Shown here in pieces: positions 49,632-63,450 of a stretch of 64,000 bases of DNA; the first letter of the stretch is position 1, and each line of letters begins with the position of its first letter. Under the pieces are notes generated by a model. The model was not told the origin of the DNA, did no database searches, and worked only from the letters and a program-made list of their open reading frames with translations. The translations under genes and the position numbers were made by a program. The DNA is from Azolla caroliniana (taxonomy: Eukaryota; Plantae; Polypodiophyta). Where the stretch lies: assembly GCA_043228905.1 (NCBI GenBank), contig JBHGNT010000021.1, forward strand, positions 4,650,001 to 4,714,000. The letters run 5' to 3'.

Positions 49632-52600
49632 TTCAAATACTACTAAATACAATATTTAACTTCATTTTTATATTGTGAAGCACATTCTTCACGACAATGT
49701 GCCAAAAGTGGATCGGGCTGGCGAAACATCCCATGCCGGAGTGAAGGGGGAGATTGTTGGGAAATCGGTCCCTCCGGATGGGATCCGATTATGGATGAAG
49801 AGGACCTAGTGAGAACCAGAAGAGATCCAGAAACCGGATCGGATGGACCCGGTGAAAACCGAAAGAGAAGACAAATTTGTAAATATGTTTTCAGTAAGCC
49901 AATTGAGGCTATATTTGTAAATAGCCCTAAGTTCATATAAGTATAAATATGGCTTAAGGCAATCACTTTGTAAGGTTGTTGTCATATTGTTGTATGTGTA
50001 TAACTGTTGTATAGAGAGAGCGAGAGAGTAGATACAGATCGATACTCTGTTGTAACCGTCGCTCAGCGAAGAAACAAAGCTCGAGGTCATTGCCTCCGAG
50101 TCTCTGATTGTACCTTTCTCATATAGTGAAGGTTTGGAGTTTGTGGGTTCCCGTGGTTTTTCACTATTAGGGTTTTCCACGTAAACATCCTGTGTACTCT
50201 TTATTGTTCGTGTGCGTATGCGTACCAATCTCCAACCCCATTTCTATGTTTGATTCTCATCGACAAGTGATTGAAGACTTGGTTGTGGCTGAGCAATATT
50301 ACGCACTATTTCTCTACAGGAAGGCATCTCCATGGATCCAACTAAGGTCAAAATGGTGGTAGAGTGGCAGACTCTGCATTCGTTGTGAGATGTGCAATGC
50401 TTTTTAGGCTTTGCCAATTTCTACTGCAAGTTTATACGAGATTACTCAAAGCTTGTTCTGCCTCTCACACAACTCACCAAGAAGGGACAATCGTTCGTTT
50501 GGTCTGAAGAAGCAGACATTGCTTTTGAGAATCTTAGGAAGGCATTTACATCAGCTCCTATTCTGGCTCATGTTGATTTGGAAAAACCATTCATCATCGA
50601 AGCAGACGCATCGGATTTCGCGTTGGGTAGCATTCGGTCACAACAAGGCGATCACAAAAAGCTCCATCCTGTGGCTTTCCACTCACGCAAGTTTGACGCC
50701 GCCGAAATCAACTATGAAACTCATGATAAGGAGCTATTAGCAATAGTGGACTCTTTTACGCAATGGGATCTTCTCATCAAGTCACAGTATTTAGTGATCA
50801 AAAAAATCTTGCCTATTTTCAAAATGCTCGTGTGTTAAATTGACGTCAAGCTCGGTGGGCCCATTTCCTCACTCGTTTGGACTTCAAAATTACATATCAT
50901 CCGGGGAAGCAACAAGGGAAGGCAGATGCATTATCACGACACTCATATCTAGCACCGCGTCCTGGTGAGCCAGCTTTCGATAACCAAAAGCAAGTAATCT
51001 TGGGACGAGCACGACTGCAAGCAACGCAGGTCTTCGGTATGCCCTTGGATTCCCACGTTATCGATACCATACATGAGTACTTGAAGACAGATGTTTTCAC
51101 CCAAGCCATTCTAGCACAAATTGATCCCTCTCGAGCATCTTGTTCACTATCGACAATTCGAATGTCATGATGGATTACTATTCTTTAAGAAACTCTTGTA
51201 TGTTCCTAATGGTTCTTGTCGCCATTGAGTAGTCCAAAACTGTCATGACACATATACAACTAGGCATTTTGGTAGTACTAAAACATTAGATTTAGTACAA
51301 TGATCATTCTGGTGGCACCATATGCGACAATTTGTCGAAGATTTTGTTCGGACTTGTGATACAGATTGTAGAGCAAAAATGCCAAGGCATCATCCATATG
51401 GTTTATTAGAACCATTACCAATTCCAAGCAAGCCGTGACAATCCATTGCTCTAGATTTCATCACAGATCTTCCGGTCTCTAAGGGATTCGATGCGAAGTT
51501 AACAGTAGTAAATCGATATATGAAGATGGCCCATTTCCTACCATGTACTAAGGAAATATCCAGTGAGGAAACCACTGAAACTGTCATGCGTGAAGTATGT
51601 CGGCATCATGGCCTTCCTGATAATATCATCAGTGACTGTGGACCCCAGTTCGTCTCGAAATTCTGGAAGCACCTCTTTAAAATGCTCAAAGTCACTTGTA
51701 ACCTCTCCTCCGGCTACCACCCACAAATAGACGGCCAAGCAGAACGAACAAATCTATTAGAGATCTAGGTACTAAAGTAAGCTTAAGATAAGGATAAACT
51801 AATGATAAATAGAAAGGAGAAAGAGAAAGAAGGGTGTCGATCCACCCAACCACCCCCGAGCGAAGGGATCGAGACGAACTCGAGTGCGTCCCGTACCACC
51901 GTTGTGGCGTCGAGTCGTACCTAGTGCTGGTGCGCTCGCTACAAGAGTTGACCCACCACAAGAGCAGAGTCTCGATGTAGTCAAAAGATGATCAAATGAG
52001 GGTAGCTAGGCCTCTTATTTATAGCGATACCTAGGCCCCCAGGCAAGTTCACACTTGACCTAATGGGTTGTCTCAATCCCGAGGATTAAAAGTAATCATC
52101 CCCTTCTTTACACTCTCGTTTAACCCTCACACTTATCCACGTGTATAGAATACTACGGTAAATTCTCACCACGGGATATTAAGTAGTCATGCCCGTAACA
52201 TACTCCCCTTCTTTAAAACATTGCACTCTTGCAATGGAAAGTTAGGGAAGTTTGTTCTTAGAGTATTCTCGCGTTCCCATGTGGCATCTTTGATAGATTT
52301 GTCCATCCATTTAATTTTAAATTCTCGGATTTCTTTAGTACGTAACTTTTTTGTTTTAACATCGAGAATTCTTTCTAGTACATGTGGTTTCGAAGATAAA
52401 TCTTCAGAAGTAACCAGAGTTTCAGTTGTAACTGTGTTGTCGCTAGAACCTAGAAGTTCTTTTAGACGACTCACATGGAAGACTGGATGAATTCCAACAC
52501 CATCGGGAAGAGCGAGACGATAGGCTGATGACCCAATGCGTTTGAGGACTGTAAAAGGTCCACAAAACCGTGGGGCTAACTTAGCGCACTTACCCGTAGA

Positions 52601-53858
52601 CAATGTCTTAGAATTGTGAGGTACACATAAAAATACCTTCTGTCTAGGGTTGAATACACGAGGTGGCCTATGATGGTCGGTATAAAAACGCGCTCTATCT
52701 TGAGCAGTTTTTATATTATCTCATGCAATATGCAACATATCTTGCATGTCCCGAAGAAAGTTTTGTGTACTTCGCAACTCATCATGATGTATATTAACAT
52801 CAATCGGGGCTCGTGGCTGAAAACCATACATCAACATAAAAGGACTATATCCCGTCGACGTATGCTTGGAGCTGTTATAAGCAAACTCCAAAATTGGGAG
52901 ATAATGTTCCCATTTTGTTGGTTTTGCACCAACGTATGCTCGAAGCATGTCCTCAATAATTTGATTTACTCGTTTTATCTATCCATCGGATTGAGGATGA
53001 TCCGTGGAGCTCATGCTCAACATAGTTTCTAACTTCTTAAAGACTTGCGTCCAGAAGTCACTAGTAAACTTTGGATCTCAATCACTCACGATATCCATCG
53101 GTAACCCATAAAAACGAAATAATTCGTCAACGAATTGGTAAGCTAATTCAGGAGTTATTACCGTGGTTTTAGTAGCCATAAATCTGGCCATTATAGTTAG
53201 TCGATCAACGACAACCCATATGGCATCATGACCTTTTTGGGTGCGAGGAAGGCTAACAATAAAATCCATGGATATACTTTCCCACTTATTATTGGGAATG
53301 TCCAAGCGATGTAAAAGTCTTGCGGCCTTAAGTCGCTCGGCTTTGTTAACCTAACACTGGTGACATTTAGTCACATTGCTATGTATGTCAGGACACATCT
53401 TAGGCCAATAAAATTGAGTGGAGATGAGAACGAGTGTACGATGTATTCTAGGGGGTGCCCTGCTGAGGGTGCATCAAGGCATTCAAAAAGAATCCTCTTT
53501 TTGACCTCCGGTAAATCTGGAACACAAACCTTGCCATTACAGTAGAGCAAACCGTTAGGAATGTGGAAGTATTCCTTCAAGGATGTGGTGGTGTCTGTTC
53601 AGGACTCAACTCTTGCCTAGTATTTTGCAAAATAACTGTCATCAGGATACTTTCCTCGAAGGTGATCATAAAGATCTTATGTTATTTCAGTGAAGCTAAG
53701 CATGTTAACTTCATGGATGCGACTTAGTGCATCTACGTCAGTGTTCATGGAACCTTTACGATATCGTATGGAAAAATCAAAGTCCTGGATGAGATTAGCC
53801 CATCGTGCCTTACGACCTTTCAGGTCTTGTTGGTCACAAAAATATTTCAAGGACTCGT

Positions 53859-55645
53859 TGTCGCGTTGTTCCGCACGTGCGTGGGGAACAAGGCAGGACC
53901 ACCGGGGTCTTGGACAGAGAAATAGCTGAGAAGGAGGAGAGCGGAAAGGCCACGGACACACTTGCACACACAAACACGGGAGCACACAGGAATCACAGTC
54001 CAAAGACACAACAACACGAGATGACTAGAAGTCCGAGTATATGAACACGTATGTATATTAATATATATATATATATATATATATCGAGACGGTTACAACT
54101 AACAGGCCGGCAAAGCGAACGCCGCCGCCTGTTCACTCACACACACAAAAGAGCGAGATGGAGACTTTGCCGGAAGCACACAGGCTTCCCACGGAGCAGA
54201 GTCAGCCTCCCGAAAACCCTGCGCAAAAATGGCTATGGAGAGTGGCAGAGGAGAAGGGATTGGTCCCAATCCGGCAGCACTTCGTCCTCTTTAACCCACT
54301 CCCCTCGTTTGTCGAAACGGCCACAGACTCTCTTCAGCACAGCTTAGTCGGCCGTCAGTCCGTCATCAGTCTCCAGCAGGAGACCCACTTGCTCCCGGTC
54401 CCTCGCATCCACTGACTTAACGAACAACAGGACGCGACTTGTGTCTAGTATGGTCCAATCGAGCGCCGAAAGACGCGCAAAGCGTTCTTCAAACTCCCGG
54501 AGGAGCACCAACGCGTTTCTCCCCTTTTCGGGGGTCTCTACCCATTCCATGAAGTCCCTTTTTTAGGGCCGAAGCGCGTCATCAAGCCCGTATTTCTCAA
54601 AGAGCCGACCTTCAAACTCTTCCCAGGTCCAGCTCTCAGCCCGTACCTCGAGCACCTCTGCATGGTGGCCTGGCATCGCCAACCGAGGGAATCCGGTCAG
54701 TCGCCTTTCTTCCGGAATGTCTCTCATTACCATCTCGCCCGGTACGCCTCCAAATAGCTCGTGGTGTCCTTCCCAACGAACCGGCCTATCGTGTCGACGA
54801 CCGCTTCAATAGCCCTATTGAGGGCGCCTGCGCCTTCGCGCGCACTCACCATCCCATCCACAGCCGAAGCCATGGCTTCCGCGAGATCCGACCCCCTCAT
54901 CTTTCTATTCCTCTACCGCCCGTTTCACGTCAGGTTCACCAAATATGTCGCGTTGTTACGCGCGTGCATGGGGAATGAGGTGGGACCACCGGGGTCTTGG
55001 ACCGAGAAATAGCTGAGAAGGAGGAGAGCGGAAAGGCCACGGACGCAGTTGCACACGCGCAAACACGGGAGCACACAGGAATCACAGTTCAACGACACAA
55101 CAACACGAGACAACTAGAAGTCTGAGTATATGAACACGTATGTATATTAATATATATATATATATCGAGATGGTTACAACTAACAGGCCGGCAAGGTGAA
55201 CGCCGATGCCTGTTCACTCACACACATAGAAGAGCGAGATGGAGACTCTGCGGGAAGCACACGGGCTTCCCACGGAGCAGAGTCAGCCTCCCGAAAACCC
55301 TGCGCAAAAATGGCTATGGAGAGTGGCAGAGGAGAAGGGCTCGGTCCCAGTCCAGCAGCACTTCATCCTCTCTAACACGCATCCCCCTTTTCCCCATTCC
55401 TCTCCCTCTCTTTTATAGCCCAAGGAGGGAGGTCGTTATCATCTGTTACATCATATTAATTCTCTGTCCTTTCGGACAGAGATACACCTCGATTCGCTCC
55501 TTATTGAATGCATGCTACCTAGGATTTCCTCTCAACCGACTTGTACCTACCTACTTACTTTACAACGAAAAGTGTGCTCGCGTGTAAGGGCCGGTTTACA
55601 CACGCTAAACTCGGTTTCCGCCTAGGGATGGTTTTCTTCACGACA
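53859..55645 (-). mobile_element. Element K: deleted Phygy-like element (5' LTR 54946-55645, Trp PBS, gag stub, truncated 3' LTR 53859-~54295)
   Basis: TGTCGCGTTGTT...TCTTCACGACA termini as in A and B; PBS 54924-54941; TSD TCGT/TTGT; host TDH|ESLKY restored. Confidence 0.88.
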
Positions 55646-57253
55646 TTGTGGTCCGTAGTTACCACAAAGCGATTTCCATAAAGATAATGGCGCCATGTTT
55701 TGAGCGCATTTATAACTGCAAATAATTCCTTTTCTTGAACGGTATACCGACATTGAGCAGAATCAAGTTTCTTACTCTCGTGCTATTGGTTTACCACCTT
55801 GATACAAGACAACACCTATAGCATAATCGCTTGCATCAGTTTTGACCTCAAAAGGTTTTGAAGGATCAGGTAAAAGAAGTGAAGGAGCCTTGCAAACCAG
55901 GTCCTTGAGTTCCTTAAAGCCGAGGTCTAGTGTAGCATTCCACACTATAGGTTTTGTAGACTTACGTGTTTGACCTTTTAAAAGATCAGTAAACGGCGTC
56001 GTCAATTGGGAATAATTACGAAGAGACTTTCGCAAAAACCCGACAAAACCAAGGAATTATCGAACTTCTCGAATATTCCAAAGAGTGAGCCAAAGCTTGA
56101 TTTTCTCAATGTGAGAAGGATCAATTTCAACTCCTCATTCGGTTATGAGATGTCCTAGATTGGTAATTGATTTCTTGAAGAACTCACATTTTGAGATCTT
56201 CGCATAAAACTATTTGTCACGCAATGTTTGTAAAACAAAGCGGACATGTCTAGCATGTTCTTTTAATGTACGGCTATAAACTAAAATATCATCCAAGAAA
56301 ATAACAACAAATTTTCCAAGTTGTTCTCGGAAAATGTCATTCATTTCTTGTTGAAAAGTAGCCGGACCATTGGTCAAACCAAAAGGCATAACCAAAAACT
56401 CGTAATGGCCATAACGCGCACGAAATGCCATTTTAGGAACATCGTCCTCACTTATTCGTATTTGATGGTAGCCAGTACGGAGATCAAGTTTTGTAAAATA
56501 CCGAGCTCGCTGGAGACGGTCAATTAGATCGTCAGCCCGGGGCAATGGGTACGAATTCTTGATCGTCACTTTATTCAAGCGTCGATAATTAATACACATA
56601 CGCCATGTGCCCTCTTTCTTTTTAACCAAGAGAACCGGTGCACCCCATGGAGATTTACTATAACGTATATAACCCATTCGTAAATAGTCCTTGAGTTGCT
56701 TAGATACCTCATCTTCTTCGGATCGACTTAAGCGATATGGAGGTATACTTATTGGTGCAACACTAGGTACAATATCTATACGATGGTCTATATTACGTTT
56801 AGGAGGTAACCCATCAGGTAGTTCACTTGGAAAAACATCATGAAAATCATTTAAGATTTCATCAAGTTGTTGTTGTTCAAAAAATGTTAATTGAACCGGG
56901 ACATTATCGATATTGTAAATGTGAATGTTCGGATCAAGTACACAATAAAATAATGTAGAACAAGACAACTCGAATTTTGATGAACACGAGGAAACAATCG
57001 AGAGGGATTGTTTTTTGATACATGGAATAAAATGCGTACAATCGTTTAGTACAAAAGAAATGGAATGGCGAACCCAATCAATAAATAAAGAAGAGTTTTT
57101 ATTATAAAACCAGGGATAACCCAGTATTACATCGGTGGTACAAAGATTCATTACATGGAAGTCTACTTCCTCTATATAAGTATCAATAGAAATTCCTAAT
57201 TATTGAATTGCCCCGTTGATGTATTGTAATCTTCCATCAGCCAAATGCACCGT

Positions 57254-58680
57254 TGTCGTGGAAATACGACGAGGATACGTGAACTTTGAGGCAGGACCCC
57301 GGGGCCTCCGACCGGAAGATATCATATTTGTATTATTATATTAAGCAATTAATACAAAATGAGAAAGATTCACAAATTTCATTAATAAAGGGAAAGAAAG
57401 ATTACAATCAATCTCAAGATTGAGATTACAAAAAGTTTAGCTAATAGAGATGGATTCTATAGATAAGTAATAAATAAGAGGAAATTAAGATATGGATTCT
57501 ATAGAAATTTAGGGTTATGAGTAAGATCTTCCGTAGGGAAAATTAGGGTTTTCTTGAGAGATATGGCTTCAGTAAGGAAATTAGGGTTTACTTGAGAGAT
57601 ATGGCTTCGATAAGAAAATTAGGTTTTACTCGAGAGATATGGCTTTGATAAGATAAGAGAACCGAAAAGGAAAAGAAAAATAATGGAGAGAGCCTCCCAA
57701 GTATAGGAAAAAAATGGAATATATATGGTGTTCCCCGTTGATCATATGCATGTCTACTTTTTGTTGCATAGCCTCGACTTTTAGTTGCTTAGCTTTTTCT
57801 TTTAGTTGCATCTATTTTTAGTGGCATGACTTTTTCGTTTAGTTGCATGTGACCGTCCACATGACCTTTACTTTTTGCATGCACTCCAACTTTAGTTGCT
57901 TGCGTCCACATGGCCTTTACTTTAGTTCTCTTCACTTTACTTTAGTTTGTTGCATGATCCAATCTTCCGTCTGTCCGTGTCCAACCTCGTCCGGTAGCCG
58001 GTTCCGCCCGATCGCCGAATCCCTTGTCGGCCGGTTCCATTTTGCTTGCCGGCCGGTTCCGATTCCGATTTTGCTTGCTGGCCGATTCCGATTTGCTTGC
58101 CGGTTCCGGTTCCGGTTTTGCTTACCAGCCGGTTTCCGATTTGCATACCAGTTCCGGTTTCGGTTTTCCGGACCGGTTCTGGTTTTGCTTGCCAGCCGGT
58201 TCCGGTTCCGGTTTACTTGCCGACCGGTTTCGGGTTTGCATACCGACCAGTTTCCGGTTCCGGTTTGCTTGCTAGTTCCGGTTCCGATTTTGCTTACAGG
58301 CCGATTTCCAGATTTGCTTACCGGACCAGTTTACGGATTTGCTTACCGGACCAGTTTCCGGATTTGCTTACCGGCTTGTTTCCGGTTTTAGGGAATTTGA
58401 CCACCATCATCCATCAAGACAAAGTGGCAAAAGTGCTCCTAGCACAAATGAAAAATAAGGGAGCCCAAGGTGCTTATATAGCCAGGGCCTTAACTTTCCT
58501 ATCTATGTGGGATAGTTCTAATTTCCCTATCTTCTCAAACTTTATTTTCACATAACTTGATATGTATTTCTCCATTTTGTATATAGTAAAAAATGTTCAT
58601 CTTTCTATAGTAAGCTACTAATCTAATGTATAATAATTATTTCATTATTTTTTACATAGTGTGTGAAGATTCACACGACA
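57254..58680 (-). mobile_element. Element L: solo LTR (1427 bp), probably Phygy-like, in the J protease; internal CCGGTT-rich tandem repeats 58020-58387
   Basis: TGTCGTG...CACGACA inverted termini; TATA at ~58475; J protease sequence on both sides; flanks CCGT/GGGT do not form a TSD. Confidence 0.75.
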
Positions 58681-61600
58681 GGGTTGGATTCCCCATATTT
58701 GAACCAAACGATCATTCACAAAATTGTGTGAGCTTCCCGAATCAAATAAAAATTGTACAGGAGATCCATTGATATACCCGTTTGCACGTAGTAAATCATT
58801 GGGACCCAATACATAGTGAGGGAAAGAACATTAACAATTACTTAAATGATGTGTATAGACCTTAAGAACATTAGGAATCTGACCTTTATGGTCTGAAGCT
58901 TTAGGTTTGCTGTCGTGCTCTTTCCGTTGGAGCTTTCGACATTGCTCTTTTGTGTGACCCTTCTTTTTGTAGAATACGCAAAAAGGATATTGTCGCTTAC
59001 AATCGCGATCCAGGAATTCGTTGCGTTTCCCAACAAATTGCGATTGCTTAGTCTCGGGCGCTTCATTGGGTTTGTTGTGGTCCTTCTTCGAAGTGCGTTG
59101 ATAGCGAAGAACTATTTCAACGACCTCTTCGAAGGATTTTGGATCCTTATCGTGCACTATCCAGTGATAGTCCGAATTGGGGATGCCATTGACAAAACAA
59201 GCTATCAACCAATTGTCCCCTTCTAGACCCGATTTTTGGATTTGGGTTTTATCATGGTGAACATAGTCTTGTAGCAAGGAAAATTTCCTGCTAGAGAGGT
59301 TCATTAAAGCTTGTGTTGCCTCGGTTCGAGAGGGAGGTTGCAGAAATTGGCCCTTAAAAACCATGACAAAATCTGTCCAGGTATCGGGCAATTTCCCCAT
59401 AGTACGGAGGCCACGCCAGCAGGCGGCGGCCTTACCCCGGAGTTCTCAGCCGACATATGCAATCTTCGTACTATCTGGCGTGGGATAGAACTCAAAATGA
59501 GACTCCCATCGTCCCAGCCATGTGCAGATTGCTTCTTCGGTTCTTTCCTTTTTGTCTCCCGTAAATGGCTTAACGACAAATGATGGTTCACCTTGTCGCT
59601 CATCAGGTCTATTAGTCTCACGTTGTAGACTAATGACACGTGCCTCAAGAGAACTCTGAGATTGCCGAAGTTTGGTCATTTGTTGAGCGGTGAAACTAAG
59701 GTATTGGCTTATTTGTGCCAAATACATCTCAGTGGACATTTGTTCAGGAGGATTCCCTTGAGTTCCTTCCGCTTGAGCGGATGACATCGAGTCGTTAATT
59801 TGAGCCATTAAAGATTATTTCTGGAAAAGAAATAGGATAAGGTCAGAGAGATAGTCATAACATCATGTCATGATGTAAACATATCATGGGCAAACATTAA
59901 TCGATATCATGATCTCACGTCAATACCCCTCTAGACGTATGAGATGAGGTTCAAGATCAGGTTACTATGGTAACACAAAGGTGTTTTAAAAACCATGGGG
60001 GTGACAATTTAACGTCTTTCCCTGATCTCTATATCGATTTTTTCATGGCGGCTCCCCGAGGCTCAACCATGTATGTTCGCGTCATGAGTAGTTTATACAC
60101 GAAAAAAATGTTAACAATAAACTATGTTTCTTTGCCCACATATGTGGTTTCGGCTCTTTAAGTCCTATTACGAGGACCCCGAGGTGCACTTAGACCTTAA
60201 GTCTAAACATGTGTTATAGTCATATGTATCAAGGATGTTGTATGGTCTTGGTCATATTTGAACTCAAGACCTCGAGAACAAATACATTAAACACTTGAGC
60301 CAACCAAGTACGTTGCTCTTCTCGAATGCTTAATGTTTGATGCGTATAAGAGATATGCGAGGCATTTGATCATATATGTTTTTTTTAAAAGAACATATAT
60401 GTCAAGGGTCCTTATTTCGCCCTCATTTACCAAAACTATGTTGGTACGTTACCTAACCTCAAGTCTCGTAATTACGATGGCATACGCCAAAGTGCAACCT
60501 AATGGTCAAGCCAAATGAGCCCTCGTTTCGTAGTAGGCCCACGTGGCCCATCACATGCTCACATCATTACGAATGCCTCTCATAATAACGAGCTCATGGT
60601 GGCATCGTATCCATGTAACGAGGGAGGGATGTTGGATACGTGTGTCATTGGAGCGACCTCACTTGAAGTGGGTCAAGCCCTACGTACTCAACATCATTAT
60701 GGCTATAGGCGTTTCTTTACGTAACGAAGTCGAGGTCATCAACGGGGTTGTCAACAATCAAAAATTGTTGAAAAAGGGATGGTGACAACGCCATTCTCAC
60801 AAAAATGTGAGGACGGCCACCAACATCCTTTTCCCGACAAGGACAACTTTCGATATAATCACGTAATAACGAATATACACATATGTTTACTTATCACATA
60901 TATACGATCAAATACATATATACGTGACCACATATGCCTATATTAAACATATCATTATATTAAATAGCCACAAATGATGTGATCGAGATACGTAATCGAG
61001 GTATATACCTCTACGCACATGAAACATCCACAAATAAGAGATCATCGTAATACGCAATTGAGGTATTGACCTCTTACGCATACGAGACCAAACACATATC
61101 CTTTACAACAAATCAAGGTATTAAACTTATACGCAAACGTAACATATGTTCGTGAACGTAATACATAATTGAGGTATTAACCTCGTACGCATACGACACT
61201 CATCACATATTATTTATATCTCAAATGAGGTATTGACCTCGTGCACATATGTAAACGTTTTAGATAATCAATTAAAGACCACTACAACATCATTGACTTA
61301 ATGAAAAAAAATGACATATAAACTAAACATATGATTAGATGGGAGAAGAGAGAATAGAAAGAAAAAAAAATTACGGAAAGAGCTACCGAAGTTCTTTGTT
61401 GATCGTTGTCTGGATCAAGGCCGACCTGCCGACCGCACATTGATCGATCATCATCAATCAAAAGACAAAAGACAAACAAAGAAACATTAGTACATAGCTC
61501 TGATACCAAATATTAGAGATCTAGGTACTAAAGTAAGCTTAAGATAAGGATAAACTAATGATAGATAGAAAGGAGAAAGAGAAAGAAGGGTGCCGATCCA

Positions 61601-63061
61601 CCCGACCACCCCCAAGCGAAGGGATCGAGACAGACTCGAGCCTCAATCGGCGTCCCATACCACCATCGTGGCGTCGAGTCGTACCTGGTGCTAGCGTGCT
61701 CGCTACAAGAGTGGACCCACCACAAGAGCAGAGTCTCGATGTAGTCAAAAGATGATCAAATGAGGGTAGTTAGGCCTCTTATTTATAGCGATACCAAGGC
61801 CCCCAGGCAAGTTCACACTTGACCTAATGGGTTGTCTCAATCCCGAGGATTAAAAGTAATCCTCCCCTTCTTTACACTCTCGTTTAACCCTCACACTTAT
61901 CCACGTGTATAGAATATTACGGTAAATTCTCACCACGGGATATTAAATGGTCATGCCCGTAACAAAATCAAACGATGGAGCAGTATCTTTGGTGCTTTCT
62001 AAGCTATAAGCAAGATAACTAGGCGGATAATCTCCACTTTGCCGAATTTGCGCATAATAACTCTGTCCACTCATTGATAAAGGTTACACCATTTTATGCT
62101 TATACAGGCGGTCACCCCTGATGGTGTGTCTTTGAAACCCCAGAGTTACCCACAAATCCTTGCACAGAGGATCTTTTGGAGCGGTTACGCAAGATACAAG
62201 CGAATTTATCTACTCATCTACAACAAGCTCAACAAACACACAAGGTTTATGCGGATCGTCATAGGCTCCCATCCAATTTAACATTGGAGATCGGGTTTGA
62301 CTACTACGACGACACATCAAAACTACTCGCCCATGCGAGAAGTTGGATTATCGGCAATTAGGTCCTTCCCATATTATCGAAAAAATTAATGATGTCGCTT
62401 TTCGTCGCGATCTACCTCCACAACATTGGATACATCCAGTGTTTCATAGTTCTCTCCTCGAACCCTATCAAGACAACACCATCCCAGATTGTATTAAACA
62501 ACCTCCACCCCCGATCGGACTTGAAGATGGACCTGAGTATGAGGTTGTTGCCATCCTCGATTCCAAGATTGTTCACAACAAGCCCTACTATTTAGTCGAT
62601 TGGCTAGGATATAGTCCCAGTGAGTGTACTTGGGAACCAATAGAGAATGTGACCATTGCTCGTGCTCTTCTTGAAGACTTCTATCGTCAATATCCAGACA
62701 AACCGGGTCTGCAATCCAAAACTACTTGTGACACTCGTCAGTTTAAAGGGGAGACAGTGTCATGATATGGCAAGACTCGAACCCATAACCTTATGTTACA
62801 TGGGTCGAGCTCTGGACCATTAGACTATATGTTGTAATATGAAGGATATTATTTTCATTTAAGTTTTTGTATAGAAAATTGATGTATATTCCAGATTTCT
62901 CTAGAACATTCTAGAAACTTCAGGAGTACTCCTGAGAACACTATAAAAGGAGGCACAAGGCATTATTTCAAACCAAATCGGTTCAACGCCAGTATAAAGC
63001 CTCCTAGCTGCTATTGTATATTCTCTTAACATAATATATATCTTTTGTTATCATCATTCTC

Positions 63062-63450
63062 AATTTGGCCTTAGAAGACATTAATATTTCTTTCTTTCTT
63101 CTTCTTTCTTTCTCACACATGCATTGCGATATGAAACAGAGCGTTGGGGCACAAGTGATGAGAGTGGTAGGCTATGCACACTTTGCCCTAAACAACTTCA
63201 TGAGTTTGAGTATCACACTTTGATACAATGCTCTGCCTTTGATCATATTCGACCATGCTTTCCACATCTCTTCGACTGAGCCCAATCCTTGCATGAATTC
63301 CTCTCACAACCACAATGTGCACCCTCGATTGCAACATTCATTGGTAAAGTTCTTGAACATCGAGAGTCACTACTCACTTTCACACGTATCACGTGAAATG
63401 TAATATTTTTGGTCTCATAGGTCATATTTGACCTCCGAAGACAGTAATAT
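63062..63450. mobile_element. ~390-bp unknown insertion with 25-bp terminal direct repeats in the element I LTR microsatellite
   Basis: Absent from the homologous G LTRs; ATTTGGCCTTAGAAGACATTAATAT (63063-63087) vs ATTTGACCTCCGAAGACAGTAATAT (63426-63450); followed by (ATCT)5. Confidence 0.55.

Larger units (their letters stand above)
28533..49696 (-). mobile_element. Element F: full-length degenerate Phygy-like Ty3 element with tRNA-Trp PBS, hosting the DNA transposon, G and H
   Basis: LTRs 28533-29341 (809 bp) and 48787-49696 (910 bp). PBS at 48764-48782 is a 19-nt match to tRNA-Trp. PPT CAGAGGGGGTGGG. Decayed TSD GCGT/ATGT. Copia frame DA|CQK is restored on removal. Confidence 0.92.
26024..50318 (+). 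mobile_element. Element E: degenerate Ty1/copia (relative of H), 5' part outside the window, interrupted by F
   Basis: INT-RT-RH remnants at 26024-28532 resume at 49701; PPT GTGAAGGGGGAGA; 3' LTR 49755-50318 (TGTTGGGA...CTCTACA). Confidence 0.88.
51755..61964 (-). mobile_element. Element J: tRNA-iMet-primed chromovirus (Ty3), degenerate, TSD AAATC, long 5' UTR
   Basis: LTRs 51755-52200 and 61511-61964; PBS TGGTATCAGAGC at 61497-61508; PPT AAAGAAGGGGAG; gag 58831-59808, RT 56210-57151, INT/chromodomain 52187-53580. Confidence 0.93.

Noticed and set aside
57843-58555. ORFs of 169-182 aa with RF/PV repeats
   Set aside because: Translations of CCGGTT tandem repeats inside solo LTR L.
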